Shown here one piece after another: positions 40,900 through 53,300 of a stretch of DNA of 64,000 nt; the first letter of the stretch is position 1, and each line of letters begins with the position of its first letter. Source of the DNA: Felis catus (Eukaryota); contig NC_058383.1 in NCBI RefSeq assembly GCF_018350175.1, positions 22,446,001 through 22,510,000 of the forward strand. Direction: 5' to 3'. Position numbers and translations under genes: made by a program. The notes beneath the pieces were generated by a model. It had not been told where the DNA came from. It saw nothing but the letters and a program-made list of their open reading frames with translations, and made no database searches.

Positions 40900-42775
40900 C
40901 AGAGCTGGAACAAACAATCCTAAACTTTGTATGGAACCAGAAGAGACCCCGAATAGCCAAAGTAATGTTGAAAAAGAAAACCAAAGCTGGGGTGATCACA
41001 ATTCCAGACTTCAAGATGTATTACAAAGCTGTAACCATCAAGACAGTATGGTACTGGCACAAGAACAGACACATAGATCAATGGAACAGAATAGAGAACC
41101 CCACAAACATATGGCCAACTAATCTTCAACAAAACAGGCAAGAGTATCCAATGGAAAAAAGACAGTCTCTTCAGCAAATGGTGCTGGGAAAACTGGACAG
41201 CAACATGCAGAAAAAGTATTTTCTTACACAAAAATAAATTCAAAATGGATGAAAGACTTAATGAAAGACAGGAACCTATCAAAATCCTTGAGGAGAAAGC
41301 AGGCAAAAACCTTTTTGACCTTGACCACAGCAACTTTTTACCAGACATATCTCCAGAGGCAAGGGAAACAAAAGCAAAAATGAATTACTGGGACCTCGTC
41401 AAAACAAAAAGCTTTTGCACAGCAAAGGAAACAACCAACAAAGTTAAAAGACAACCAATGGAATAGGAGAAGATATTTGCAAATGACATATCGGATAAAG
41501 GGTTAGTATCCAAAATCTATAAACAACTTATCAAATCAACACCCAAAAAACAAATAATCCAGTGAAGAAATGGGCAAAAGACATGAATATACATTTTTCC
41601 AAAGAAGACATCCACATGGCTAAAAGACACATGAAAAGATGCTCAACATCACTCATCATCAGGGAAATACAAATCAAAACCACAATGAGATACCACCTCA
41701 CACCTGTCAGAATGGCTCACATTAACAACTCAGGAAACAACATGTTGGAGAGGATGTGGAGAAATGGGAACCCTTTTGCACTGTTGGTGGGGATGCAAAT
41801 TGGTGCAACCACTCTGGGGAACTGTATGGAGGTTCCTCAAAAAATTAAAAGTAGAACTACCCTACAACCCAGCAATTGCACTACAAGGTATTTATCCAAA
41901 AGATGCAAAAATGCTAATTCAAAAGGGCACATGCACCCCAGTATTTATAGTAGCACTATCAACAATAGCCAATTATGGACAGAGCCCAAATGTCCATTGA
42001 CTGATGAATGGATAAAGAAGATGTGGTATATGGGGCGCCTGGGTGGCACAGTCGGTTGAGCGTCCGACTTCAGCCAGGTCACGATCTCGCGGTCCGTGAG
42101 TTCGAGCCCCGCGTCAGGCTCTGGGCTGATGGCTCAGAGCCTGGAGCCTGTTTCCGATTCTGTGTCTCCCTCTCTCTCTGCCCCTCCCCCGTTCATGCTC
42201 TGTCTCTCTCTGTCCCAAAAATAAATAAACGTTGAAAAAAAATTTTTTTTTGAAAAAAAAAAAGAAGATGTGGTATGTATACACACATACGCACACACAC
42301 ACACACACACACACACACTACGCACTACACACACACACAATGGAATATTACTCAAAGATCAAAAATAATGAGCTCTTGCCATTTGCAACAACATGGATGG
42401 AACTAGAATGTATTATGCTAAGCAAAATAGTCAGAAAAAGACAAGTATATGATTTCACTCATATGTGGAATTTAAGAAACAAAAGAGATGAACAGAGGGG
42501 AAGGGAAGGAAAAATAAGATAAAAACAAAAGGAGGCAAAACATAAGACACTTAAATACAGAGAACAAACAGGGTTGTTGGAGGGGAGGCGGGTTGGGGGA
42601 TGGGCTAGATGGGTGATGGGCATTAAGGAGGGCACTTGCTGGGATGAGCACTGGTTGTTATTTATATGTAGGTGGTGAACCACTAAATTCCACTCCTGAA
42701 ACCATTACTACATTATGTGTTAACTAACCTGGATTTAAATTAAAACATTAAATTAAACTAACCATTAAAAAAAAG
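40900..42775 (+). mobile_element. 5'-truncated carnivore L1 (ORF2 3' third plus 3'UTR)
   Basis: ORFs 40965, 41245, 41562 and 41764 give an L1 ORF2 C-terminus closely similar to the full-length copy; G-rich 3'UTR at 42580-42620. Inserted into an old L1ME-like relic. Confidence 0.93.
42032..42261 (+). mobile_element. Young SINEC_Fc-type Can-SINE inside the L1
   Basis: Same diagnostics apart from two substitutions in the head; TSD aagaagatgtggtat. Confidence 0.95.
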
Positions 42776-45636
42776 GATGCCAGAAATTAAAACAAAGGAA
42801 AACAACTATCCACTGTATTACTACCATAACAAAGTATCTCTTTCCTTTATATTCTTTCTCAGCCCTTTATATAAATACAACCATAATTTATGCAGAGTTG
42901 TGACCACAGCATGGACACAATTTTATACTGGGCATTTGACATTATATGGTAAGCATGTTTATGATGCTGCATTTCTATGGTGCTGCAATTATGATTATAA
43001 ATGCATGCAGTAAAAATTTTAGCAGCTTCTTGTACAATTAAATCTTTACCGATCACAAAAAAAAGGTTAAGTGAAAGAAAATGCTCCAAAAAAAAGTATT
43101 TTGAATAAATCTACATAAAGCTGAAAAAGAAGCGAAATCAGGGACAATAGACACAAACTGAAAAAAAACAAAAAGCAATCTAAATGTCTATCAGCCAGAG
43201 GATGGATACATTAATTAATTAATTAATTAATTAAAAATAAAAGGGGTGCCTGGGTGGCTCAGTTGGTTAAGCATCTGACTTTGGCTCAGGTCATGATCTC
43301 GTGGTCCATGGGTTCGATCCCCCACTTGGGCTCTGTGCTGGCCACTCAGATCCTGGAGACTGCTTCAGATTCTATGTTTCCCTCTCTCTCTTTGCCCCTC
43401 CCCCACTCACACTGTGTCTCTCTCTCTCTCTCTCAAAAATAAATAAACAAGCAAAATCAAATGACATGGTCCAGAGATACATTCTAAGGTGATACATGTA
43501 TGAAGAAAAGCAATAGAGTGATTACCAAAAACTCAGGAACATGGTTCCTTTTGCGGGGCAGGGACGAAAGGGTTTTGAAAGTGAAGGCCCATCGAGGGGT
43601 GTCCTGGGGGGCTGGTCATATTCTGTCTTTTCATCTGCGTGGTGGTTACTTATGTAAGTGTTTGCTTTATAGTAGTTTCTTATGCTGTCCCCTTGCTTTG
43701 TGGATTTTTCTCTATACGTGTTATATGCCCCACTCATTGCAAAAAAAGATTTTAAAAAACAGTTCCTTTAATTTAATTCAATTAATTTATTTATTTATTT
43801 TAAATTTTAGACAGAGAGAGCATGAACAGGGGAGGGGCAAGGGGGGGGGAGAGAGAGAGAGAGAGAGAGAATATCCCAAGCAGGCTCCACACTCAGCATG
43901 GAGCCCAACGCAGGGCTCAGTCCCCCAACCTTGGAGTCATGACCTGAGCCGAAATCAATAGTCGAACAAGTCAGACACTCAACCGACTGAGCCACCTGAA
44001 TGCCCCTTACAAAACAGTTTGATAGCACCTGCCCTTTACTCCTAACGACAAAGGCTCCGACCTATTCCAAGTGGTCCGGCAGGCACAGATGCCATGACAT
44101 CCTTCACTCATGTCTATCACTCCTGCTTCCCCGTGCTGCCTCAGACCCGGCTCCTTATACCCTCTTCCCATGCCAGCTATACAATAACAGCCCCATGGCC
44201 ATCCATGCGTGGAAATGGATATTGGTAATAATGGTGATTGGGGTCAATGGTGTTTATTTCTGCAACAAGGTCTGAGCTCCTTTTCAGCCAATCAGAATGC
44301 CAGTGATAGCAGTGGCAGCAGTAATAATTGGACTGGTAGTCTTCTGCATGGATACTGACTCTGACTGGAACAAGGTTAGAAGTTGCTAGTACATCCTAAG
44401 TTTGATTTCCGATCACACTTGGTTCCTGTTCAGTTTTAACTTGGCACATATTTCAATAGCAGGTATGGGTTTGCAAGTCTGAAGAAGGGAAGATATATTC
44501 TGTGCTCCATCAACCAGAGCTGTGAAAAACACCAACCTTTAGAGGAGAGGCAGATGAGAGAAGCCCCCTCTAGGGAAACGAAAGGGAGCAGCCAGAAAGT
44601 GGTCCCCAGGAAGCCTAAGAGAAGTGAAGTTTCAATAATTGTGGTCATGTTCGAATCCTGCCAAGTCATACAAGATACAGTTGGAATCAGTCCAAATCCT
44701 AGAGCTGTGATTTCCTTCATCTGCCATTTTTTGAATAAATTATGCACATTTGTACTAAAAATCCATTAGTCTGAATTGCATTTTGGAAAATAGTTCTGGA
44801 AGAATGAACACAAAACTACTCACAGTGGTTATCTCTGGGGACCAGGATGAGTCGATTGAAGAAAGGGCTCTCCCCTTTTTCCTATACATGCTCCTGAATT
44901 GTTTTAAATTTTTAAAAGAAGCATTAATGCATTTGAAATTTTAAATAAAGAATATAAATTAAAATAGCTACACATTAACTAATACTAGCATAATGTTGGA
45001 CTAAGCGACCAGTAGCCCCTGACAATGGAAGGGGGAAAGAATCAGCTGGGCACTGTTGATGGCAGATGGGGGATCCGGCAGGCTGAGGACCCAGGATGGA
45101 CAGTGTTATGAACAGGTGGTGGGAAGTGACTTGGCCCAGTAACTGCAAAGGAGGTGTGGTCTTCACGCGGGAGGAAATACAACAGCAAGAGCAATGCACC
45201 ATCAAGAGTTTTCAGGGGGCTCTTCCGGTGCAGATGGTCTCATAAAGATGGGCAGGAAATACAAGCAAAGAGAAATAGGGACACTATTTGAATTCTCACT
45301 GGCACCTGAGGTCCAGGGCTTGGGATACACTTGTGTTGAGCTCACCTTGGGGCGCCTTCTCCAAGAGGCAGTGGGAAATAAGGAGGAAGCTGCTCCCCAC
45401 CTACCTACACCCACCCCCAGGCAAGACACATAGGTCCAAGAAAGAACCCAGAGCAGGAAACAGAAGGCCAGGTGCAGTTAACAAAGGTTTAATTTAGCCA
45501 ATCTGTATAAAATTTACCTGCCTTCAGAAGTCTACATAGTGCCGTTTTCATCACCTCCTAACAAGCCTTGATTGTATCTTTTGTTTTGTTTTTCAGTCTC
45601 TGCTAACTTGGCTGGCAGATTGTGATATAGGTAACA

Positions 45637-45742
45637 TTTCATATCAATTGCTTGCTTGCTCAGGTCCTTGAGGGGGAGATTGTAACTTTCATATCAATTG
45701 CTTGCTTGCTCAGGTCCTTGAGGGGGAGAATGTAACTTTCAT
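45637..45742. repeat. 50-bp tandem duplication
   Basis: tttcatatcaattgcttgcttgctcaggtccttgagggggaga(t/a)tgtaac occurs twice with one mismatch. Confidence 0.95.
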
Positions 45743-46132
45743 CTTTGCATCCCAGGCAGGTCATTGGACCTAGAATTAATGAATAAAAGTGCCGTGGCAT
45801 TGTTGTTTTCTTTATATTAAAATAATATAAAGAGTTAAACATTTTCTCCATAGGTATAAGTACAGTAAAATTTTGTGAATACTTGACCCATAGTAATGCA
45901 AATTCAGGTGTGATTTCCAATTGGCTCCCATCATCAGAAAAGGTTAACCCAGGATATCTCATTAATACTGCAATACACAACCTTGCGTTTTGTACAGTTG
46001 AATTGCTGGACCAATTTGCAGCATAGTGGAGAGGTTACAATGTAGTCAGAGTTCCTAGTGTGAGATGCTTCAGCTAGGGGGCGTGTCTAAACGAGGGGTC
46101 TAATAGAATAAGCACAAAAGAGAATAGAAATT

Positions 46133-46783
46133 TTCACCTTAAAAGTATAACTGTCAGTTGGGGTGATTGGGTGGCTCAGTCAGTTAAGTGTCCAACTTCA
46201 GCTCAGGTCATGATCTCATGGTTCATGAGTTCAAGCGCCATGTCAGGCTCAGAGCCTGAAGCCTGCTTCAGATTGTGTGTCGCCTTCTCTCTCTACACCT
46301 CCAGTAATCATTCTCTCTCTCTCTCTCTCTTTCTCCCACTCTTTCTCTCTCAAAAATAAATAAACATTAAAAATTTAAAAAAAACCTGTCAGTTATTTTA
46401 CCAGCAAAAATGAGCTAATTTGGGGATAACAGAGAATGACAACTATGGACATAGAAGCCACAGCAAAACCATAGGAGGCCCAACAAGCAAAGAAGAGGAG
46501 CATTATTTTACGGAGGAGGAGGAAGCTGGCAGGGGTTCTTTTAGAAGCAATTCCACTGGAGAATTTCTCCAAAGCAAGAGCTCAAGGTGAAGTCTTTTCT
46601 CATTTGCTGAGTCGTATCTCTTATAGGATATGCAACGTGCAGCTTTTCTTTAGTGGGTCTATAATTGACAGTTCTTCTCTTGGGGTCTGTAATGGACAAT
46701 TCTCCCTATGATTGACATTAAGTGGTATGGCTCTCCCTTCTAGCCTCTTGACTGTAATGAGGTTTCCCTTTACATTTTTCACA
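46133..46783 (-). mobile_element. MER34-like ERV1 solo LTR with a SINE insertion
   Basis: ccttaaaa..cagttattttaccagcaaaaat... is reverse-complement similar to the 3' part of the LTR at 51503-52277. Confidence 0.65.
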
Positions 46784-46789
46784 GTGTCT

Positions 46790-47205
46790 TCTCTGTCACG
46801 TCAACCTGTGGTCAGTGGGCCAAAGCGAGCTGCCACCGTGTAAATAAAGTTTTATTGGTATACATCAGTGCTCATCCATTTACATTTTATTTTTTTTTAA
46901 TGTTTTTTATTTATTTTTGACAGAGGGAGACAGAGCATGAAAGGGACAAAGAGAGAGGGAGACACAGAATTCGAAGCAGGCTCCAGGCTCTGAGCTGTCA
47001 GCACAGAGCCTGACGCAGGGCTTGAACTCATGAACCATGAGATCATGACCTGAGCTGAAGTTGGAACATCCATTTATATTTTGTCTGTAGAGGCTTTTGC
47101 ACCACAGTGGCAGAGTTGCGTAATTGTGATAGGAACCTTATAGCCCATAAAGCCATACGTATTTACTATCTATTTCTTTACAGATACAGCTTGCTGACTG
47201 CTGTT
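46790..47205. mobile_element. MER58A-like hAT MITE split by a SINE
   Basis: Contains gtaaataaagttttattgg...catccattta and cagtggcagagttg...atttactatct...ctttacaga. Confidence 0.7.
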
Positions 47206-47464
47206 CTAGACCCTCCTCCAGAAGCAGCCTACAGTACTATGGGCCTCAGTCCCATCTGAGCAGGAGTGACATCAGTGGGGTAAGGAAGCTTCACAATAAC
47301 TGTTTGAGGTAGGCACTATCATTATCCCCACTTTACAGATGAGGAAACTGAGGCCTAGAGAGGTTAAACAGATTTCCCAGAGTCCCAGAGTTGAACCCAG
47401 GGAGTCTGGTTCTAGAATCTGCATGCTTAATCACCACCTACAATGCCTCCTAATAATTCTCAGA

Positions 47465-47760
47465 AAGAGAAAACAAAAGCAAAACACCCAATTGCCAGAG
47501 GAGAGAGGTGTGGGGGGGATGGACAAAATGGGTGAAGAGGAGTGGGAGGGACAGGCTTCCAATTATGGAATGAATAAGTCATGGGGATGAACGGTATAGC
47601 ATAGGGAATACAGTCAATGGTTTCATAATAATGGATGGTGACAGATGGTAGCTGCACTTGTGAACATAGCATAACCTGTAGACTTACTGAATATCTATCT
47701 TGTACACCTGAAACTAATTTAACGTTGTATATCAGCTATACTTCAATTAAAAAAAAAAAC
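47465..47760 (+). mobile_element. L1MA-like 3' end
   Basis: Contains ggcttccaattatggaatgaataagtcatgggga...tgtacacctgaaactaat...ctatacttcaattaaaa. Confidence 0.8.
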
Positions 47761-50700
47761 CCAGCCACGTACAAAGATTCATACTCTTCAATAGCAACAT
47801 AGGAAGCTAGGAGGAAAATGAAGCAATGCTTTCAAATTTTTCAGTGAAAAAAATATTTTCATCCCAAAATTCTAGACCCTGATATCTTATAATCAAGTAT
47901 AAGAGCAGAATGGACATTATCAATGATGTAAGCCCTCAAAATGTTTTTCACTAACGTACTCCTTGTTAAGGATTCTACAAGACAGTATGCTCTACCCAAA
48001 TGAGAAATTAAAATTACAAGGAGAAAAACAGGAGTCCAGGAAACAGTGGAACTAGGAAAAAAGGAAAGCAAATTCCTAGGATGGAAGGAAATCCACAGTT
48101 TGAAGCAGACCTAGGGAGAACCTGTTCAGACTGAAGCAAGAAGACAGGGAGCCTCCTGGGTGGGAGGTTGTATTAGTTAGCTATTGCTGCGTAACAAACG
48201 AATGTAAAAGTTAACTCAAAACAACAAACATTCATCATCTTACACAGTTTCTAAGGGTCAAAATTCAGGGAGCTGCTTCTGGCTAAGGGTCTTCCATAAA
48301 GTTGTACTCAAAGTGGGGCTGTAGCCATCTGAAGGTTTTACAGGGACCAAAGGACATGTTCATTCACCTGGCTGCTGGTGACAGCCTTCAGTTACTTTCC
48401 ATGGAGGGCCCTCTCTATATGACTTTTTAAAATACTCAGAACAATATGCTGCACACCTGAAATGACCATAACTTTGTATGTCAATTATACTTCAATAACA
48501 ATAAATTAAAAAGTGCTCAGAACAGTGCCTGGCACATATTAATCGCAATGTAAGTGTTTGATAAATAAAGTAAGTAAACTTTCCCAGGGACACTGAGCCA
48601 GTTAGTGGTGGAATGGGATTTGAATCATCTAGAACTGTCACTCTTAACCACTCCCTATGAAACCCATGGCAGTAAAAAAGGTGTAATCTGGGGGCTACTG
48701 GGTGGCTCAATTGGTTAAGCGTCCGACCCTTGATTTCAGTTCAGGTCATGATCTCACAGTTTGTGGGTTTGAGCCCCACATCAGGCTCTGCACTGATGGC
48801 ATGGAGCCTGCTTGGATTCTCTCTCCCTCTGTTTCCTGCTGGTGCACACACACACTCTCTCACTCTCTCTTCTCTCAAAATAAATAAATAAGCATAAAAA
48901 GTGATAATAAAGGTGTAGTCTAGAAAGCAAAAATCTCCCATCCCCTTCCCTGACCTCCATTCCCACTGCTCACAAGTGATTAGTGTCAACAGTCTCTGGG
49001 TGTTCTCCATAAAAGTATCTACATGTATCTTACACTTTTTCAAATGGCCATTTTTAGAGGCTGAAAAAATAATAATGACTCAATGTCCAGTCTGTACCAG
49101 ACTCTCTGTTATGGGTGTAAAGAATGTATCTAGAGGATTGAACAGTGTTTCTATATGCACTGAAGGACTTATGTTCTCAACTGTGGGACAGAAACCAGTA
49201 TAATTCTTGGCACCAAGAGAATCCCAATCACCCTCTTCGGTGTTATCACCTTTAACTAACGCCCAAAGCATGATGCTTAAAACATCAAAATTTAGGAGAT
49301 TGCACCAAAGTGACACATTAAAGATACAAATGGCTTGTTTTATATTGCTGACACATGTTGGTTAGGGATAACTGGCCCAGAAGCAGGTTCAGAAAAAAAA
49401 TTTTTTTGATGCACTGGATTTACACGGTACGAATAAACTATTTCTAGGTGCTTCAGTATGCGGCTTCAAGGAGGAGGGGGATGAAGGTGCAAACTTTGGA
49501 AACTCAAGGGAAATATATTTTTCTATAATTGGTGTCGTATCAAAATGGAATTGTGTTCAGCTTCTAGTAAGAGATCCAATTACCATGGATTAAACAATGT
49601 AGGGTTTATTCTCTGGTGAAAAAGGCTGGAATTGGTGTGGCACCTCCACAAAGTTATTTGGGATCCAGGCTCCTTCTCTGATGCTTAGCATGTAACTTTG
49701 AACCTCAAGGTCAAGGTCATTCATGTTCACATTATGGCATCTGGAGCTCATGTCCTAAGCAGATGAGAGGGATGTCCCCACTGAATATCCCTCTTTAAGG
49801 AGTTTTTTTTTAAGTGTATTTATTCACTTTGAGAGAGAGAGAGAGAGAGAGAGAGCACAAGTGGGGGAGGGGCGGGGTGGGGGAGAGAGAATCCCAAGTA
49901 GGCTTCTCACCGTCAGCGCACAGCCCGATGTGGGGCTCAAACTCATGAACAGTGACATCGTGACTGAGCTGATGTTGGACGCTTAACGAACCGAGCCACC
50001 CAGGCCCCCCTCTTTAAAGAGTTTTAAAGACCTTCTTGTAGCTCACTGGCCATCCTTCGCTGCTAAAGGAAACTTAGCTGGGCACCCTGCCACTCCAAAT
50101 AAAATCAGCTTTCTGTGATTAAAGAAAGGGAGAATGGATGGGCTATAATAGGCATCTAGCAGTCTCTGCAACGGGGACTCTCTCCAAGAAAAGATACTAC
50201 TTTGCTTAAGTAGGCACAAAACTCTTCATTTTCCCAAACTTATGGCCTCCCTAGAATCTCTCAGCTCTATAAATGGCACCATTCTCCAACCAGACGTTGA
50301 AGCCAAAAGCCTATAAACCATCTCTGATTCTTCTTTTACCTTACTACCCCCTGTTCAAACCATGAGCCTGTTTTGTTGACTCTCCCCTCAAAATATGTCC
50401 CATGCCACATCGGGCCCTGTGCTGACAGCACAGAGCCTGGAGCCTGCTTCTGATTCTGTGTCTCCCTCTCTCTCTCTGCCCCTCCCACACTTGTCCTCTC
50501 TCTCTCAAAAATAAATAAACATTTAAAAAATTAAAAATATATGTCCCATGCCTTTCTCATTTTTTTTTTTAAGTGATCCTTACACCCAACATGGGACTCA
50601 AACTCATGGCCCAGACTTCAGGAGTCACATGTTCTATAGACTGAGCCTGTCAGACACCCCTGTCCCATGCCTTTCTCAATCTAACTGCCACTGTCCCTTC

Positions 50701-51502
50701 CTACTCAAAGTCACCCTTCTTCCTACCTGGTCTTCCTGCTTCCACTCTTTTCTTCTTTTTCTTTTTTTTTTTTTTAGTGGCAGGTGTCTAAGATTCCCCA
50801 GACCTGAGGAATCATATTCTCTCTAGAGAAGACCTGAGAAGCTGCATTTTTAATAAACCCTTAGGTAATTATGATGATGACAATGATGCTTATGATTGGG
50901 ACTATTATTATTATGGTGGTGGTGGTGGTAAGATACATGTAACATACAGCTTACCGTCTTAACCATTTTTTAAGTTTGTTTAAGTTCATTTATTTTTGAG
51001 AGAGAGAGAGCACACATAAGGGGCAGGGGCAGAGAGAAACAGGGAGAGAGAGAATCCCAAGGGGGCTCCACACTGTCAGCACAGAGCCTGACTCAGGGCT
51101 CAATCTCATGAACCGTGAGAACTATGAGATCATGACCTAAGCTGAGATCGAGAGTCGGACGCCTAACCAACTGAGCCGCCCAGGTGCCCCATTTTAACCG
51201 CTTAAAGTTTACAATTCAGTGGCATTATATGCATTTGCAATGTTGTGTAACCATCACTACTATCTAGTTTCAGAACTTATCCATAACCCCAGATGGAAAC
51301 CTCACATCCATTAAGAGTCAAAACCCGTTCCCTCCAGCCCCCAGCCACAGCTCTGTTTCCCTGTCCGCATGCATTTACCTATTCTGGACATTTCACATAA
51401 GGAATTATACAATCTGTGGCCTTGTCCGTGTGGCTCCTTTCACCCAGCATAGTATTTTCAAGATTCGTCCATGTTGTAGCACATATCCATACTTCATGCC
51501 TT

Positions 51503-52277
51503 TGAAGTTGGGAGGCCAGAAGGGGAAGCTTTCACGTTAAACCACAAGCCATCAATCACAGGAAGAACTGTCCATGTCCGACCCCAACAGAAGAACCCTC
51601 CCTAGGAAACAATCAGTCCCCAAAAGGAAAAGATGGACACTGCATTTCCCATGAGAAATCAACCACTGCTGCAACTCAGCCAGTGAGAAACTATCGTCAC
51701 CCAGAACTTCTTTGGAGAAAACTCCAAGGAACCTTCCTTCAGAACAACCCCTCCTAACTTCCTCTACCTTCTCCATAAAAATAAATTCCTCAGCTCTGTT
51801 TGTTGGACTAGCCTATGTTTTTGCCATAGCTTGCTTGTCCCAAATTGTAATTCTCTCCTCTTCCCAAATAAGCCCACTTTTTGCCCGTAAAATAAACTTT
51901 TATTTTTTAAAGATTTGTTTGTTTAAGTAATCTCCACACCCAACATGGGGCTCAAACTCATGACCCAGAGATCAAGAGTTGCATGCTCTGGGGAGCCTGG
52001 GTGGCTCAGTCGGTTAAACGTCTGGCTTCAGCTCAGGTCAAGATCTTGAGGTCCATGAGTTCGAGCCCCGTGTCGGGCTCTGGACTGATGGCTCAGAGCC
52101 TGGAGCCTGCTTCCGATTCTGTGTCTCCCTCTCTCTCTGCCCCTCCCCCGTTCATGCTCTGTCTCTCTCTGTCTCAAAAATAAATAAAACGTTAAAAAAA
52201 AAAAAAAAAAAGAGTCGCACTCTCTACTGAATGAGCCAGCCAGGCGCCCCCATAAACTTTTATTTTTAAGGTCAATG
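51503..52277 (+). mobile_element. MER34-like ERV1 solo LTR containing nested SINEs
   Basis: Starts TGAAG and ends ccaaataagcccac...gtaaaataaac..tttatttttaaggtcaa; sits within an antisense L1 relic. Confidence 0.7.
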
Positions 52278-52339
52278 TGACCTATGATTGGAATTACTGG
52301 GTCATATTGTGATTCTGTTTAAAGTATTGAGGAAGTACA

Positions 52340-52554
52340 AAACCCACCTCCACTCTGCTCCCTTATAATCCATTCTCTACACAGCAATCAAAGTGACGAA
52401 TTTAAAATTTACAACACATGGGGCATCTGGGTGGTTCAGTCAGTTGGGCATCTGGCTTCGGTTCAGGTCATGATCTCATGGTTCGTGAGTTCGAGCCCTG
52501 CACCGGGCTCTGTGCTGACAGCTCGGAGATTCTGTGTCTCCCTCTCTCTCTCTG

Positions 52555-52602
<48 letters not shown>

Positions 52603-53150
52603 AAACAAACATTTAAAAATTTTAAAAAAGATAAATAAAATAAAATTTGCAACATATCATACTTCAGCTCCACTTAAAACTCTCCAATGGAGAATTGCAT
52701 AGACTGGCCTATGCAATATGGCCCCCACCTCTTTCCATAGATCTCTTAATTCTGTCTCCTCACTGACTGAACATTTTCTGTTCCCACCTCAGGACCTTTG
52801 TACTTGCTTTGCTTTCTAGCTGGAATGTTCTTCCTCCTGACCATCCCCTGGCCAACTTGCTCTCAGACTTCAGGCCCCACCTCCAACATCACTTCCTTGG
52901 AAAGGCCTTCATCAACCATCTTATCTAAATGAACCCCACCCAGCCTCAATCACTGCCTATAAAAATCACTGTGTTTTACTTTCTTTACAGCACTTATCTC
53001 TACTGGAATTAGCTTGTTTTTGTATATTTGCTTTTGGTATTGCCCACCAGAATAGGAGCTCCATGAGAGTGGACTTGTCTTGATAGTCTATCTATGTAAC
53101 ACCTGTTTGGCATGTCAGAGTGTAAATGAACATTAGTAGTTAAGTAAGTA
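52340..53150 (+). mobile_element. L2 relic (3' region)
   Basis: Contains cccacctcaggacctttgtacttgct...tggaatgttcttcctc...aggccttc...acagcacttatc...agctccatgagag. Confidence 0.65.
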
Positions 53151-53300
53151 ATCATTTGCTCCTCAGGGAATCTAAAAATATTGTTCAGAGTCAGGAAAGA
53201 GATTGGTGGGGGGTTTTGATAAGAAGTTAAGATTTCAGTATTACACAGCTTGTGTGAGTTATCTTTGTGCTGTGAAATGACAAGCAGATCTCTTAAGTAT

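Noticed and set aside
46133..52277. Inverted MER34-like LTR pair as the termini of a single element
   Set aside because: Proviral LTRs are direct repeats. These two are divergent and have separate host contexts.
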